Positions 1-10,257 of a stretch of DNA of 64,000 bases are shown in pieces; positions within the stretch are counted from its first letter, which is position 1, and the number at the start of each line of letters is the position of its first letter. A program made the position numbers and the translations under genes. The notes under the pieces are model-generated. The model ran no database searches, was not told where the DNA came from, and saw only the letters and a list, made by a program, of their open reading frames with translations. Origin of the DNA: an uncultured Ectothiorhodospiraceae bacterium (GTDB lineage Bacteria > Pseudomonadota > Gammaproteobacteria > S012-40); assembly GCA_945787715.1 (NCBI GenBank), contig CALZJE010000002.1:12417-76416 (forward strand), in the 5' to 3' direction.

Positions 1-1393
1 GATCGAACTGCATCTGACCTGTAATTTTTCCATACGCAGGAATATAGGCGCCAAGTATGCCGTAGCTATTCATACGCCGCAGTGCGTGAGTCAATCCTTG
101 CGGTTGTTTAAATATCTCAATGAATAAACTAATGCAGCGAATGTCGTTACGAAATTCATCATCGATAAGATAACTGTGTTCTCTAATCAAACGGATGGTA
201 GCTGCACGAATTCCTTTTAATTGGGGATACTGTTGCATGATTAAAAAGACTTCGAGCAACGCAAATGGATGATGTTTGAACACGTTGTCGTGAGTGACTT
301 CAAGAAATTGTCTATTAGCTTGAAAGCGATTATTAATTGCAACAGGTTCGTCTGATTCATCGCTATGCAAAATTGTTTCTTGATAGTGCTGCAAAAGCAT
401 TTCATTCAAACGGTTTAATTCCATGACCGTGCGGTAATAATCCTTCATGAAGACTTCGACACCAAGCTGAGGTTTGTCTGGATCTGCTTCAGAGTCTTTA
501 CTTTTATTTGTGTAGCCGAGCATGTTAGCGAGTGTACGTTGGTGCTCGAATAAAAGACGATCTTCCCGGCGGCCTGTAATTATGTGTAAGGCAAATCGAA
601 CCTTCCAAATAAAGGCTTGACCAGCTAAAAGATCGAGTAATTCATTTTCGGTGAGAAAATCCCTTTTAACTAGGTCGCGCAGAGTTTTATCGCCAAAATG
701 CCGTTTTGCAACCCAGCCAATCATTTGAATATCACGTAAACCACCAGGGCTCTCTTTAACGTTAGGTTCCAAGTTGTAGGCGGTATCATGAAATCTTAAA
801 TGGCGTTTTATCTGCTCATTCCATTTTTGCTCGAAAAACAACCGACTTGGCCAGATTTGATCGGGACCAGTGAGTTCGCAGAGTTTTTCATAAAGTGATT
901 CGGGGCCGTAGATTCGTCGAGACTCAACAATATTGGTTGCGATAGTAATATCGTTTTTTGCTTCTTCCACACACTCTTTTAGGGTGCGTACACTGCTGCC
1001 AATCTCTAGCCCTATGTCCCACAGGAATGTTATATATTGTTCGATCTGTTGCTGGTAGGTGGCAATATTATCTTCCGCCAGCAATATGAGGATATCGACA
1101 TCGGAATGTGGATGCAGCTCGCAGCGCCCGTAGCCGCCAACTGCAAGTAGGGCGATATCATTGTTTTGTTCGTTTGAAAATGTTTGCTTCCAGGCATAAA
1201 TAAGTATTTTGTCGATGAAGATAGCTCGCTCTCGAATGAGATCTTCAATTGGCGTATCTAACTCAAATAGTGTGGCTAGCGCATCATGGCTAATCCTAAG
1301 AGCAGCCTTGAATATCGGTATTTTATTTTTATTTACTTGAAGGTTGTCTAAAAATTCGGCTTCATTAAATAAAGTGAGTGCTGTCGATTTCAT
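1..1393 (-). CDS. glnD: [Protein-PII] uridylyltransferase/uridylyl-removing enzyme GlnD, N-terminal ~464 codons (continues beyond window start)
   Basis: Absent from the ORF track because it runs off the edge. My minus-strand translation from ATG (cat 1391-1393) is open to position 1. It reads MKSTALTLFNEAEFLDN...DIALLAVGGYGRCELHPHSDVDILILL...YNLEPNVKESPGGLRDIQ, which are the nucleotidyltransferase and GlnD hallmark motifs. It sits next to map. Confidence 0.85.
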   Translation of the reverse strand, partial: MKSTALTLFNEAEFLDNLQVNKNKIPIFKAALRISHDALATLFELDTPIEDLIRERAIFIDKILIYAWKQTFSNEQNNDIALLAVGGYGRCELHPHSDVDILILLAEDNIATYQQQIEQYITFLWDIGLEIGSSVRTLKECVEEAKNDITIATNIVESRRIYGPESLYEKLCELTGPDQIWPSRLFFEQKWNEQIKRHLRFHDTAYNLEPNVKESPGGLRDIQMIGWVAKRHFGDKTLRDLVKRDFLTENELLDLLAGQAFIWKVRFALHIITGRREDRLLFEHQRTLANMLGYTNKSKDSEADPDKPQLGVEVFMKDYYRTVMELNRLNEMLLQHYQETILHSDESDEPVAINNRFQANRQFLEVTHDNVFKHHPFALLEVFLIMQQYPQLKGIRAATIRLIREHSYLIDDEFRNDIRCISLFIEIFKQPQGLTHALRRMNSYGILGAYIPAYGKITGQMQFD

Positions 1394-1402
1394 CGGTTAA
1401 AT

Positions 1403-2185
1403 TCAAGACTGTGCAATTTGTGATTTTTCTTCTTCTCGTAACGTCAAGACTTCAAAACCGTCTTCAGTTACCAATATAGTATGCTCCCATTGGGCGGATA
1501 AAGAGTGATCTTTAGTAACAACAGTCCAGTTATCTTTCAATAACTTAACGTGACGTTTTCCAATATTTACCATGGGTTCAATAGTGAAAGTCATGCCTGC
1601 TTCCAATTCCATGCCTGTGTCTGGTTTACCGTAGTGTAGAACTTGAGGATCTTCGTGGAAAGATTTGCCGATTCCATGCCCGCAGTATTCCCGCACAACT
1701 GAGCAATTTTTGCTTTCTACGTATTTCTGGATCGTATGGCCAATATCGCCAAGTCGAATTCCAGGTTTTACCAGGTGGATACCTTTCCAGAGAGCGATGT
1801 GACTCGCATCAATCACGCGATCCCCTTGAATAGTCGATTTACCGATAGTGAACATTTTGCTTGTGTCGCCATGATAATCATCTTTGATGACAGTAATATC
1901 AACATTTATGATATCGCCAGACTTGAGCTTTTTATCACTAGGTATGCCGTGACACACTTGATGGTTAACTGAGGTGCAAATCGACTTGGGAAATCCTCGA
2001 TAATTGAGAGGTGCTGGAATAGCTTGTTGCTCGTTGATTATGTAATCGTGGCAAATTTGATCAAGTTCACCCGTCGTTATACCTGCTTTTACATGAGGCT
2101 CTATCATGGTTAAAACTTCGCCAGCCAGCCGGCCAGCAACGCGCATTTTTTCGATTTCTTCAACTGTTTTAATAGATACGCTCAT
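1403..2185 (-). CDS. map: Type I methionine aminopeptidase
   Basis: 260-aa ORF with MetAP motifs (VCHGIP, GDIINVDIT, HGIGKSFHEDPQV, MTFTIEPM). It is divergent from rpsB, the classical arrangement. Confidence 0.95.
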   Translation of the reverse strand: MSVSIKTVEEIEKMRVAGRLAGEVLTMIEPHVKAGITTGELDQICHDYIINEQQAIPAPLNYRGFPKSICTSVNHQVCHGIPSDKKLKSGDIINVDITVIKDDYHGDTSKMFTIGKSTIQGDRVIDASHIALWKGIHLVKPGIRLGDIGHTIQKYVESKNCSVVREYCGHGIGKSFHEDPQVLHYGKPDTGMELEAGMTFTIEPMVNIGKRHVKLLKDNWTVVTKDHSLSAQWEHTILVTEDGFEVLTLREEEKSQIAQS

Positions 2186-2518
2186 TAGAGGAAAAGAACT
2201 CCATTGTTTTTTAAGTCAGTTAGTTGTGTCTTTTATTCAATACCATTATAACAAAATGATTATGAAGATTTGGCGGGCAATATTGGCATTATCAAGCAAT
2301 AAGCTCAAGTATTTAAAGATCACCGGATATCAATTGTCGTTTGAAACAATTTGTGATATAAATCAGCCCGATTTTTACGAGGAATCAGAATTTAGTTTAG
2401 GTAAGCTCGTTTTGTTTCTGAATGGTGGTTAAATCATCGTTTAGATCAGAAATTGAGTATTTATTGCGCAAGTTAGCTGATTCTATTTTTAAACCACACG
2501 TATTTCGTCACATATACC

Positions 2519-2569
2519 AGGGTGCCTTTTGTGAGGTCGGTTATATGGGAGGTACGGAGGCAAAACCCT
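2519..2569 (+). promoter_or_regulatory. Possible structured rpsB leader helix just upstream of the SD
   Basis: AGGGUGCC (2519-2526) can pair with GGC..ACCCU (2559-2569), enclosing a ~30-nt loop immediately before TAAGGAG-ATG of rpsB. S2 autoregulation through a leader structure is known in gamma-proteobacteria. Homology was not checked. Confidence 0.3.
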
Positions 2570-2585
2570 ATTTAAGGAGCTTATT

Positions 2586-3377
2586 ATGTCTAGCGTTTCT
2601 ATGCGTCAAATGCTTGAGGCCGGTGTTCATTTTGGTCATCAAACACGTTACTGGAATCCACAAATGTCACCTTTTATCTTTGGTGACAGAAACAAAATCC
2701 ATATCATCAATTTAGAAAAAACATTGCCATTGTTTAATGATGCAATGAACTTTGTCGGTTCAATTGCTGCCAAACGAGGGAATATCCTTTTTGTGGGCAC
2801 AAAACGCGCTGCTGGACAACTTCTTAAGGAAGAAGCTCAACGTTGCGGTATGCCTTATGTTAACCACCGCTGGTTAGGCGGTATGTTAACTAACTTTAAA
2901 ACGGTAAAACAGTCAATCAAACGCTTAAAAGAGTTGGAAGCTATGTCTAAAGACGGGCACTTTGAGCGTTTAAACAAAAAAGAAGTTTTAATGCATACTC
3001 GTGAGCTTGAAAAGCTGGAGAAAAGCTTGGGTGGTATTAAGGACATGCGTGGTATGCCTGATGCCGTATTTGTTATCGATGTAGGCAATGAAAATATCGC
3101 GGTTAAAGAAGCGAAAAAATTAGGTATTCCTGTCATCGGAGTTGTTGATACAAATAACAGCCCTAAAGATATTGATTACATAATTCCTGGAAACGATGAC
3201 GCGATGCGTTCAATCAAGCTTTATCTACAAGCTGTTGCTGATGCTATTTTAGAAGGTAAATCTTCGAATGTAGTTGCATCAGGCGATGATGAATTTATCG
3301 CACTTGATGAAGCAGATGAAAAGCCAGTAAGAAAGAAAAAAGCGGCTAAAAAATCTGATAGCGGTGATGCTGCTTAA
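2586..3377 (+). CDS. rpsB: 30S ribosomal protein S2
   Basis: Canonical N-terminus [27 protein letters not shown], with SD AAGGAG 6 nt upstream. Confidence 0.97.
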   Translation: MSSVSMRQMLEAGVHFGHQTRYWNPQMSPFIFGDRNKIHIINLEKTLPLFNDAMNFVGSIAAKRGNILFVGTKRAAGQLLKEEAQRCGMPYVNHRWLGGMLTNFKTVKQSIKRLKELEAMSKDGHFERLNKKEVLMHTRELEKLEKSLGGIKDMRGMPDAVFVIDVGNENIAVKEAKKLGIPVIGVVDTNNSPKDIDYIIPGNDDAMRSIKLYLQAVADAILEGKSSNVVASGDDEFIALDEADEKPVRKKKAAKKSDSGDAA

Positions 3378-3421
3378 TGTTGTTGTGCTGAAAGAAATCT
3401 ACAGCCATCGCTAGAATAGTT

Positions 3422-3446
3422 AAAAAGGGGGCGTTGCCCCCTTTTT
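3422..3446 (+). terminator. Intrinsic terminator after rpsB
   Basis: AAAAAGGGGGC-GTT-GCCCCCTTTTT is a perfect GC-rich stem followed by a T-run. Confidence 0.8.
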
Positions 3447-3496
3447 AAGAGCATTAGAAAATTACTCATTCATTTTTAAAGTACAGAGGTATAACC

Positions 3497-4375
3497 ATGG
3501 CAATTACAGCTAGCCTAGTTAAAGAATTAAGAACACGTACCGGTGCCGGCATGATGGAATGCAAAAAAGCATTGGTTGAAACTGATGGTGACATCGAAGC
3601 TGCGATTGAGCACATGCGTAAATCAGGCATGGCTAAAGCGGATAAGAAAGCCGATCGTGTTGCAGCTGAGGGTGGAATTATCATCCAGACAGATGTTGAT
3701 CGTAAGAGCGCAGCAATTGTAGAAATCAATAGTGAAACTGACTTTGTTTCTGGTGGTGATGATTTCAAAGAGTTCGCAAATGCAATTTGTGCGAAAATTT
3801 TATCTGAAAAACCCGCAGATTTAGAAGCACTTTCTGCAATCACATTAGATAATGGCGCGACAATTGATGAAACACGCCGAACACTTATCGCCAAAATTGG
3901 TGAAAAAATCTCTATCCGTCGATTTTCATTGATCAATACAACAAGCACTTTAGGTGTTTATTCTCACGGAAGTAGAATTGGTGTTGTTGTTGACATGGAA
4001 GGTGGTAATGAAGATCTTGCAAAAGATGTTGCGATGCATGTTGCCGCGGTGAATCCAATTTGTGTATCTGCTGAACAGGTTCCTGCTGAAACACTTGAGA
4101 AAGAAAAAGAAATTTTTATTGCTCAAGCCAAAGAGAGTGGCAAACCTGATAATATCATTGAAAAAATGATTGACGGTCGCATTAAGAAATATCTCGCTGA
4201 AGTAACTTTAGTTGGCCAGGCATTTGTTAAAGATCCAGATACAACGATTGAAAAATTGCTGAAATCAAATAATGCAAATGTTGTTTCTTTTACTCGTTTT
4301 GAAGTAGGCGAGGGTATAGAGAAGAAAGAAGAAAATTTTGCGGACGAAGTAATGGCGCAAGTTCGCGGAAATTAA
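3497..4375 (+). CDS. tsf: Elongation factor Ts
   Basis: [26 protein letters not shown] is the EF-Ts N-terminal domain. 292 aa, following rpsB. Confidence 0.97.
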   Translation: MAITASLVKELRTRTGAGMMECKKALVETDGDIEAAIEHMRKSGMAKADKKADRVAAEGGIIIQTDVDRKSAAIVEINSETDFVSGGDDFKEFANAICAKILSEKPADLEALSAITLDNGATIDETRRTLIAKIGEKISIRRFSLINTTSTLGVYSHGSRIGVVVDMEGGNEDLAKDVAMHVAAVNPICVSAEQVPAETLEKEKEIFIAQAKESGKPDNIIEKMIDGRIKKYLAEVTLVGQAFVKDPDTTIEKLLKSNNANVVSFTRFEVGEGIEKKEENFADEVMAQVRGN

Positions 4376-4391
4376 GCATAAGGAAGCCGCT

Positions 4392-5114
4392 GTGACCAGT
4401 CCAAAATATAAACGCATACTCTTAAAGCTCAGCGGAGAAGCGCTGCTGGGTGATGGTGATTATGGTATTGATCCTAAAATTGCCAGTAGAATTGCTGATG
4501 AAATACTCGAGCTAATTCAAGCTGGCGTGGAAGTTGGAATGGTTATCGGCGGTGGAAATATATTCCGTGGGGCCGGTCTTGCCGAGGCCGGTATGGATCG
4601 GGTAGCAGGTGACCATATGGGAATGCTTGCTACCGTGATCAATGCACTGGCCTTGCAGGATGCGATTGAAAAACGTGGTGTTGATGTTCGCGTCATGTCT
4701 GCATTGAAAATTAATCAAATATGTGAAGATTATATTCGTCGCAAAGCGGTTCGTCATTTGGAAAAGGGGCGGGTGGTCATCTTTGCTGCAGGAACGGGCA
4801 ATCCATTTTTTACAACGGACTCTGCGGCGAGTTTACGTGGTATAGAAATTGGTTCGGATATTGTCATGAAGGCAACGAAAGTCGATGGTGTTTATTCCGA
4901 CGATCCTATGAAAAATCCAGACGCCAAGTTTTATAATTATTTAAACTATGATCAAGTCATTGAGCAGAAACTCAATGTGATGGACACTGCAGCTATCGTG
5001 CTGTGTAGAGATCAAAACATGCCAATTCGTGTGTTTAATATGAATAAGTCTGGCAGTATGATGCGAGTCGTTATGGGTGAAAACGAAGGCACATTAGTGC
5101 AGGTGGAGGCTTAA
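4392..5114 (+). CDS. pyrH: UMP kinase
   Basis: GTG start. [12 protein letters not shown] and GGGNIFRG motifs, 240 aa. Confidence 0.95.
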   Translation: MTSPKYKRILLKLSGEALLGDGDYGIDPKIASRIADEILELIQAGVEVGMVIGGGNIFRGAGLAEAGMDRVAGDHMGMLATVINALALQDAIEKRGVDVRVMSALKINQICEDYIRRKAVRHLEKGRVVIFAAGTGNPFFTTDSAASLRGIEIGSDIVMKATKVDGVYSDDPMKNPDAKFYNYLNYDQVIEQKLNVMDTAAIVLCRDQNMPIRVFNMNKSGSMMRVVMGENEGTLVQVEA

Positions 5115-5672
5115 ATGATTGAAGATATAAAAAAGGATGCTGAAATCCGTATGGGGAAAAGCATCCAGTCATTAAAAACAGATTTAGCAAAAATACGCAC
5201 GGGCCGTGCCCATACTTCATTGCTTGATACGATAATGGTTCCTTACTACGGCACGGATACGGCCTTATCTCAGGTTGCAAATGTAAGTGTTGCCGATGCA
5301 CGCACCTTAGCTGTTTCTCCCTGGGAGAAAGATATGGTAGCTCCTATTGAAAAAGCCATAATGGCTTCTGACTTGGGCTTGAATCCCTCATCCCAAGGCA
5401 CATTGATCAGAATTCCATTGCCCCCATTAACTGAAGAGCGTCGTAAAGACCTTATTAAGGTTGTTCGCTCTGAAGGTGAAGGTGGTAAAGTCGCCATTCG
5501 TAATATTCGACGCGATGCTCTAGGCGATATTAAAACACTACTCAAAGATAAAGAGATTAGTGAAGATGACGAACGTAAAGCGCAAGATCAAATTCAAAAA
5601 ATTACCGATAAATTTATTGCCGATGTAGATGCGGTATTAAAAGAGAAAGAAAAAGAGTTAATGGAAATATAA
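5115..5672 (+). CDS. frr: Ribosome recycling factor
   Basis: 185 aa. The ATG directly abuts the pyrH stop. Typical RRF sequence ([15 protein letters not shown]). Confidence 0.96.
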   Translation: MIEDIKKDAEIRMGKSIQSLKTDLAKIRTGRAHTSLLDTIMVPYYGTDTALSQVANVSVADARTLAVSPWEKDMVAPIEKAIMASDLGLNPSSQGTLIRIPLPPLTEERRKDLIKVVRSEGEGGKVAIRNIRRDALGDIKTLLKDKEISEDDERKAQDQIQKITDKFIADVDAVLKEKEKELMEI

Positions 5673-5677
5673 TTATT

Positions 5678-5837
5678 GGAGTTGTTGGACTTAGGTGATC
5701 GTAACGAGGGAAAGACATTTTGAAGCAGAAATATTGATCGTTTGAGGCTAATAGCCGTAGCTATTCGTCGAGAAGGGTCAGGAAATCTGATCAAAATAAT
5801 TTTTTCACAGTAGATTCCATCTAAGTCCGACAGGCTC
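5678..5837. repeat. Structured intergenic repeat, copy 1 (reverse orientation relative to the copy at 29810-30020)
   Basis: The ends pair: UGUUGGACUUAG (5683-5694) with CUAAGUCCGACA (5821-5832). The core 5736-5764 GATCGTTTGAGGCTAATAGCCGTAGCTAT matches the reverse complement of 29883-29911 at 27/29. The block CGTAACGAGGGAAAGAC (5700-5716) is also shared. Confidence 0.7.
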
Positions 5838-5941
5838 TTAGCATGTTTTATTGTAGGAAATTTGGCTGATATTCGTTGAAATTAAATATACACGATAAAG
5901 TACTTAGCGCATTGCTTAATAAAAAGGATGACGCGCGTTTC

Positions 5942-6694
5942 ATGACTGAGAAGCCCACTGAAATAAATAATATTCCACAGCACGTTGCTATTATTATGGA
6001 TGGTAATGGTCGTTGGGCAAAAAAAAGAAAAATGCCTCGGGTTGCTGGGCATCGAGCAGGGGTTGAGTCAGTTCGTAGAATTGTCAAAGCTTGTGGAGAG
6101 TCTGGAGTAAAAGTACTTACACTTTTTGCGTTTAGCAGTGAAAACTGGAAGAGACCTGAGCAGGAGGTGGGTTTGCTCATGGATCTTTTTATGACAGTTT
6201 TAAATCGAGAGGCCAAAAAACTCAATAAAAATAATGTTCAATTGCGAGTTGTTGGTGATATTTCTGCATTTTCTGCCAAACTCCAGGGTCGTATTGCTGA
6301 CGCAGTAGCGCTAACAAAAAATAATGATGGTGTCATACTTAATATCGCTGCGAACTATGGCGGTCATTGGGATATTATGAATGCGACGAAAAAAATCGCG
6401 GAAAAAGTTCATGCTGGTGAACTTGCAATAGACGATATTACCGAAACAGTGATGGATCAGTACATGTCATTCCCAGATTTACCGGAGCTCGATCTTTTTA
6501 TCCGTACGGGTGGCGAAGTACGTGTCAGCAATTTTCTGTTATGGCAACTTGCTTACACAGAGCTCTATTTTTCTGATGCACTGTGGCCAGATTTTGATGA
6601 AGAAGAATTTAACAAAGCTTTGTTGTCTTTTTCACAGCGGCAAAGGCGCTTTGGCAAAACTGGCGAGCAAATAGAGGAGAAGGCAGGTGCTTAA
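5942..6694 (+). CDS. uppS: Di-trans,poly-cis-undecaprenyl-diphosphate synthase
   Basis: [10 protein letters not shown] and [15 protein letters not shown] motifs. I prefer ATG 5942 ([14 protein letters not shown]...) over the track's TTG 5876. Confidence 0.9.
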   Translation: MTEKPTEINNIPQHVAIIMDGNGRWAKKRKMPRVAGHRAGVESVRRIVKACGESGVKVLTLFAFSSENWKRPEQEVGLLMDLFMTVLNREAKKLNKNNVQLRVVGDISAFSAKLQGRIADAVALTKNNDGVILNIAANYGGHWDIMNATKKIAEKVHAGELAIDDITETVMDQYMSFPDLPELDLFIRTGGEVRVSNFLLWQLAYTELYFSDALWPDFDEEEFNKALLSFSQRQRRFGKTGEQIEEKAGA

Positions 6695-7514
6695 GCACCG
6701 AATTATAACCGCACTGATTCTTATCCCAATTGTAATCTGGGGTATATTTCAATTACCGACAATTCCGGGTTTTGCATCAGTTCTCGGTCTTTTTGTTGCC
6801 TTGGGTGTCATGGAATGGACTCGCTTAATTCATTTAAATGATACTAATCACCGTTATAGTTACTTGGTTATCATTGTCGCGCTAATGTTATGCACATTGG
6901 TATTGATGGATAATTCGTTCTTTTTCGCTGTTTTCCTGTTAGTTGCCGTCATTTGGTGGACGGTTCAGCTGTTGCTGCTATCCTCATTTGATGGAACGCA
7001 AAAAATAAATCCAGAAAATCGACTTACGGATTTATGGAGTGGCGCTGTGCTACTTGTACCAACCTGGGCCTCTCTGGTTTTTCTCCATCAAAACGAAGTA
7101 CACGGTTCAGGTCTCGTACTGTTTCTAATGGTGCTTATTTGGACAGCAGATAGTGGTGCATATTTTGTCGGAAGAAAATTCGGAAGAGTAAAACTTGCTC
7201 CTCTCATCAGTCCTGGGAAATCCAGAGAAGGCGCATATGGTGCCCTTGCTGCTTCAACAGTTGTTGCACTTATAGGCGGTTTTTGGTTGGAACTCGGATT
7301 TATTCAATTCGTCTTATTTATTCTGTTAAGTCTCGTTGTTGTTGTATTTTCTATTGGCGGAGATTTGATGGAAAGTGTCTTTAAACGTCGCGCAGGTGTA
7401 AAAGATAGCGGAACGCTTTTACCAGGGCACGGTGGTGTGTTAGACCGCATTGATAGTTTAATGTCTGCATCACCAATTTTTACATTAGGTGTTTGGGCTT
7501 TAGGGATTATTTAG
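6687..7514 (+). CDS. cdsA: Phosphatidate cytidylyltransferase
   Basis: Polytopic membrane protein with the C-terminal signature [31 protein letters not shown] start after GAGGAGAAGG. Confidence 0.9.
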   Translation: MLKHRIITALILIPIVIWGIFQLPTIPGFASVLGLFVALGVMEWTRLIHLNDTNHRYSYLVIIVALMLCTLVLMDNSFFFAVFLLVAVIWWTVQLLLLSSFDGTQKINPENRLTDLWSGAVLLVPTWASLVFLHQNEVHGSGLVLFLMVLIWTADSGAYFVGRKFGRVKLAPLISPGKSREGAYGALAASTVVALIGGFWLELGFIQFVLFILLSLVVVVFSIGGDLMESVFKRRAGVKDSGTLLPGHGGVLDRIDSLMSASPIFTLGVWALGII

Positions 7515-8698
7515 TGAAAGGAATTACTGTTCTCGGCTCAACAGGGTCAATTGGTGTAAGTACATTAGATGTAGTCGCAAGACATCCAGAAAAATATCGG
7601 ATCATTGCAATAACCGCTAATTTACAGGTTGATAAAATTGTCGCTCAAGCAAAACAGTTTAATCCAGAATATATTGTTATGGCCAATGAGGACGCTGCAC
7701 ACCAAGCGGAAGGTATTCTCAAACAAGAAGGCGTGTGCCATATAGAAGTGTTAGCGGGTACTGAGGGTTTAGAAAAAGTTTCCAGCTTGCCACAGGTCGA
7801 TTATGTGATGGCTGCTATTGTTGGAGCAGCAGGGTTACTGCCAAGTTTAGCTGCAGCGAAAGCAGGTAAGCGAGTTTTATTGGCTAATAAAGAAGCACTA
7901 GTTATGTCTGGCCAGATCTTTATCGACGAAATCAAAAAGAATGGTGCAGAGTTGTTGCCAATTGATAGCGAGCATAACGCTATTTTTCAGTGCATGCCTG
8001 AAAAAATATCTTACTCCTTGAGTGATATGAGTGTGAGTAGAATTCTTTTGACCGCTTCTGGTGGGCCATTTCGAGATCGCACACTGGATGAGCTAGAAAA
8101 CGTCACTCCTGATCAAGCTTGTGCTCACCCGAATTGGAGCATGGGACGTAAAATTTCTGTTGACTCTGCTACCATGATGAACAAAGGACTTGAAGTTATT
8201 GAAGCACGCTGGCTATTCAATGCGAGTGCTGATGACATCCAGGTGGTTGTTCACCCTCAAAGCGTAATACATTCTATGGTTCAATATATAGACGGCTCGG
8301 TACTTGCTCAACTAGGAAATCCAGATATGAGGACACCTATTGCACATGCAATGGCTTGGCCTGAGCGAATTGAGTCTGGTGTCGAAAACCTTAATATATT
8401 TGACGTAGCACATCTCGATTTTGTGGCTCCTGATTTTGATCGCTTTCCTTGTTTACGCTTAGCCTATGAGTCATTACACAAAGGTGGAACAAGTACCGCT
8501 GTGCTAAATGCAGCAAATGAGATCGCTGTTGATGCGTTCTTAAACGAAACGATTTCATTTCTACATATTCCAAAGGTCATTGAAAGCGTTCTTAACGAAG
8601 TGGCAGTGGTTGAAGCGAATCATTTGGATATTATATTACAAGCTGATTCTGAGGCACGGGCTATTGCAAAAGAGACGATTTCTCGGCTTAACAGGTAA
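7514..8698 (+). CDS. dxr: 1-deoxy-D-xylulose-5-phosphate reductoisomerase
   Basis: GSTGSIG NADPH motif. GTG 7514 overlaps the cdsA stop (TAGTG). The track start at 7493 is probably over-extended. Confidence 0.93.
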   Translation: MKGITVLGSTGSIGVSTLDVVARHPEKYRIIAITANLQVDKIVAQAKQFNPEYIVMANEDAAHQAEGILKQEGVCHIEVLAGTEGLEKVSSLPQVDYVMAAIVGAAGLLPSLAAAKAGKRVLLANKEALVMSGQIFIDEIKKNGAELLPIDSEHNAIFQCMPEKISYSLSDMSVSRILLTASGGPFRDRTLDELENVTPDQACAHPNWSMGRKISVDSATMMNKGLEVIEARWLFNASADDIQVVVHPQSVIHSMVQYIDGSVLAQLGNPDMRTPIAHAMAWPERIESGVENLNIFDVAHLDFVAPDFDRFPCLRLAYESLHKGGTSTAVLNAANEIAVDAFLNETISFLHIPKVIESVLNEVAVVEANHLDIILQADSEARAIAKETISRLNR

Positions 8699-8703
8699 TT
8701 ACT

Positions 8704-10068
8704 ATGGATAGTGTTCTAATTTCAGTGCTTTCATTTATTGTCGCACTAGGTGTGTTGATTGCGATACACGAGTTTGGCCACTTCTGGATTGCCAGAAAAG
8801 TGGGTGTCAAAGTTTTACGTTTTTCAATCGGGTTTGGTAAACCCATTTGGCAAAGAAATTTTGGTGAAGACAAAACTGAGTTTGTGCTTGCAGCCATTCC
8901 TCTAGGGGGCTATGTCAAAATGCTTGATGAACGGGTAGAACCTGTTGACGCACACGAATTGGACCGCGCTTTTAACCGAAAGACGCTTGGTCAAAGGATG
9001 GCCGTGGTTGTTGCAGGGCCTTTGGCTAATTTTTTATTTGCCATTTTCGCTTACTGGTTGTTATTTGTTATTGGGATCCAGGGTATTAAGCCGATTGTTG
9101 ACGATGTTCAGCAAGGTTCTCCATTTGCTATAGCAGGATTAATGAGCGGTGATGAGATTCTCTCTGTTGCTGGCGAAGAGACACCGACACTTGAATCTGT
9201 AAGAATGCAGATGATTGATGAAATTCTTAACCAATCGCTCGTTGATATAAAAGTACAAAGTAGTGGTGGTGGTACGCGAATAATTCAATTAGATCTTACC
9301 GAAACTCCGGTTGATTCAATTTCTGGCAATCTTCTGCAATATCTTGGTATCACGCCATTCCGTCCTAAATTAGCTCCAATTGTTGGTACGGTATCACCAG
9401 GTGGTGCAGCGGAAGCAGCAGGGATATTGAGTGGTGATGAAGTTATTGAAGTGGATGGCCAAGCAATGGATGATTGGGTGGCTTGGGCTAACTATGTTCG
9501 AGAGCGTCCGGAAAAAGTGATCAATATTACGTTAATTCGAGATGGTTTAACGATGAATCTTGATGTCGTACCTGCCAAGATAGAAATGCAGAACGGTGTT
9601 ATTGGTCGAGTCGGTCTGTCACCTTTTGTCCCTGAAGATTTTTATCAAGATATGTTAGCTGTTCAACATTATGGTGTTATTGAAAGCATCGGTGCTTCAA
9701 TTAAGAAGACATATGATATGTCTATTCTCACCTTGAAAATGTTTGGCAAAATGATTGCGGGTCAGGCGTCGCTAGAAAATATTAGTGGTCCTATTAGTAT
9801 TGCACAATATGCGGGGCAATCGGCACAAATTGGAATTTTGTCTTTTATTTCCTTCATGGCAATTATCAGTGTCAGCCTTGGTGTACTTAATCTTCTTCCT
9901 GTTCCGCTTTTAGATGGTGGACATCTCATGTACTATATCGTTGAATTTTTTAAAGGTTCACCTTTATCAGACGAAGTGCAAATGTTTGGTCAAAAAATAG
10001 GTATCGTACTTCTTGGGGGCTTAATGTTTCTTGCAATTTTTAACGACATTAGCCGCGTCTTTAGTTAA
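8704..10068 (+). CDS. rseP: RIP metalloprotease RseP (site-2 protease)
   Basis: HEFGHFWIAR zinc motif, PDZ-like middle region, and a C-terminal NLLPVPLLDGGH motif. Confidence 0.93.
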   Translation: MDSVLISVLSFIVALGVLIAIHEFGHFWIARKVGVKVLRFSIGFGKPIWQRNFGEDKTEFVLAAIPLGGYVKMLDERVEPVDAHELDRAFNRKTLGQRMAVVVAGPLANFLFAIFAYWLLFVIGIQGIKPIVDDVQQGSPFAIAGLMSGDEILSVAGEETPTLESVRMQMIDEILNQSLVDIKVQSSGGGTRIIQLDLTETPVDSISGNLLQYLGITPFRPKLAPIVGTVSPGGAAEAAGILSGDEVIEVDGQAMDDWVAWANYVRERPEKVINITLIRDGLTMNLDVVPAKIEMQNGVIGRVGLSPFVPEDFYQDMLAVQHYGVIESIGASIKKTYDMSILTLKMFGKMIAGQASLENISGPISIAQYAGQSAQIGILSFISFMAIISVSLGVLNLLPVPLLDGGHLMYYIVEFFKGSPLSDEVQMFGQKIGIVLLGGLMFLAIFNDISRVFS

Positions 10069-10257
10069 GCAGGATGTTTCACGTAGTTATGCATCATCTC
10101 GTTTGTTCTTTGACTCCACAGGTAATCTTCGTTAAGACACTCGTTATTAATAATACGGGATTTCTTCGAAAATTGCCTTTTGGCTCCAATGTTCATTACG
10201 ATGTTCGAGTTAATTCGTGAAACTTATGGCAATTTTAAAAAAATACGAATTTATCGG

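Noticed and set aside
2106-2715. Two + strand ORFs (108 and 97 aa) spanning the map-rpsB spacer.
   Set aside because: They overlap the map 5' end and the rpsB start respectively. They show no SD or family resemblance. The spacer is better explained as divergent promoters plus the rpsB leader.
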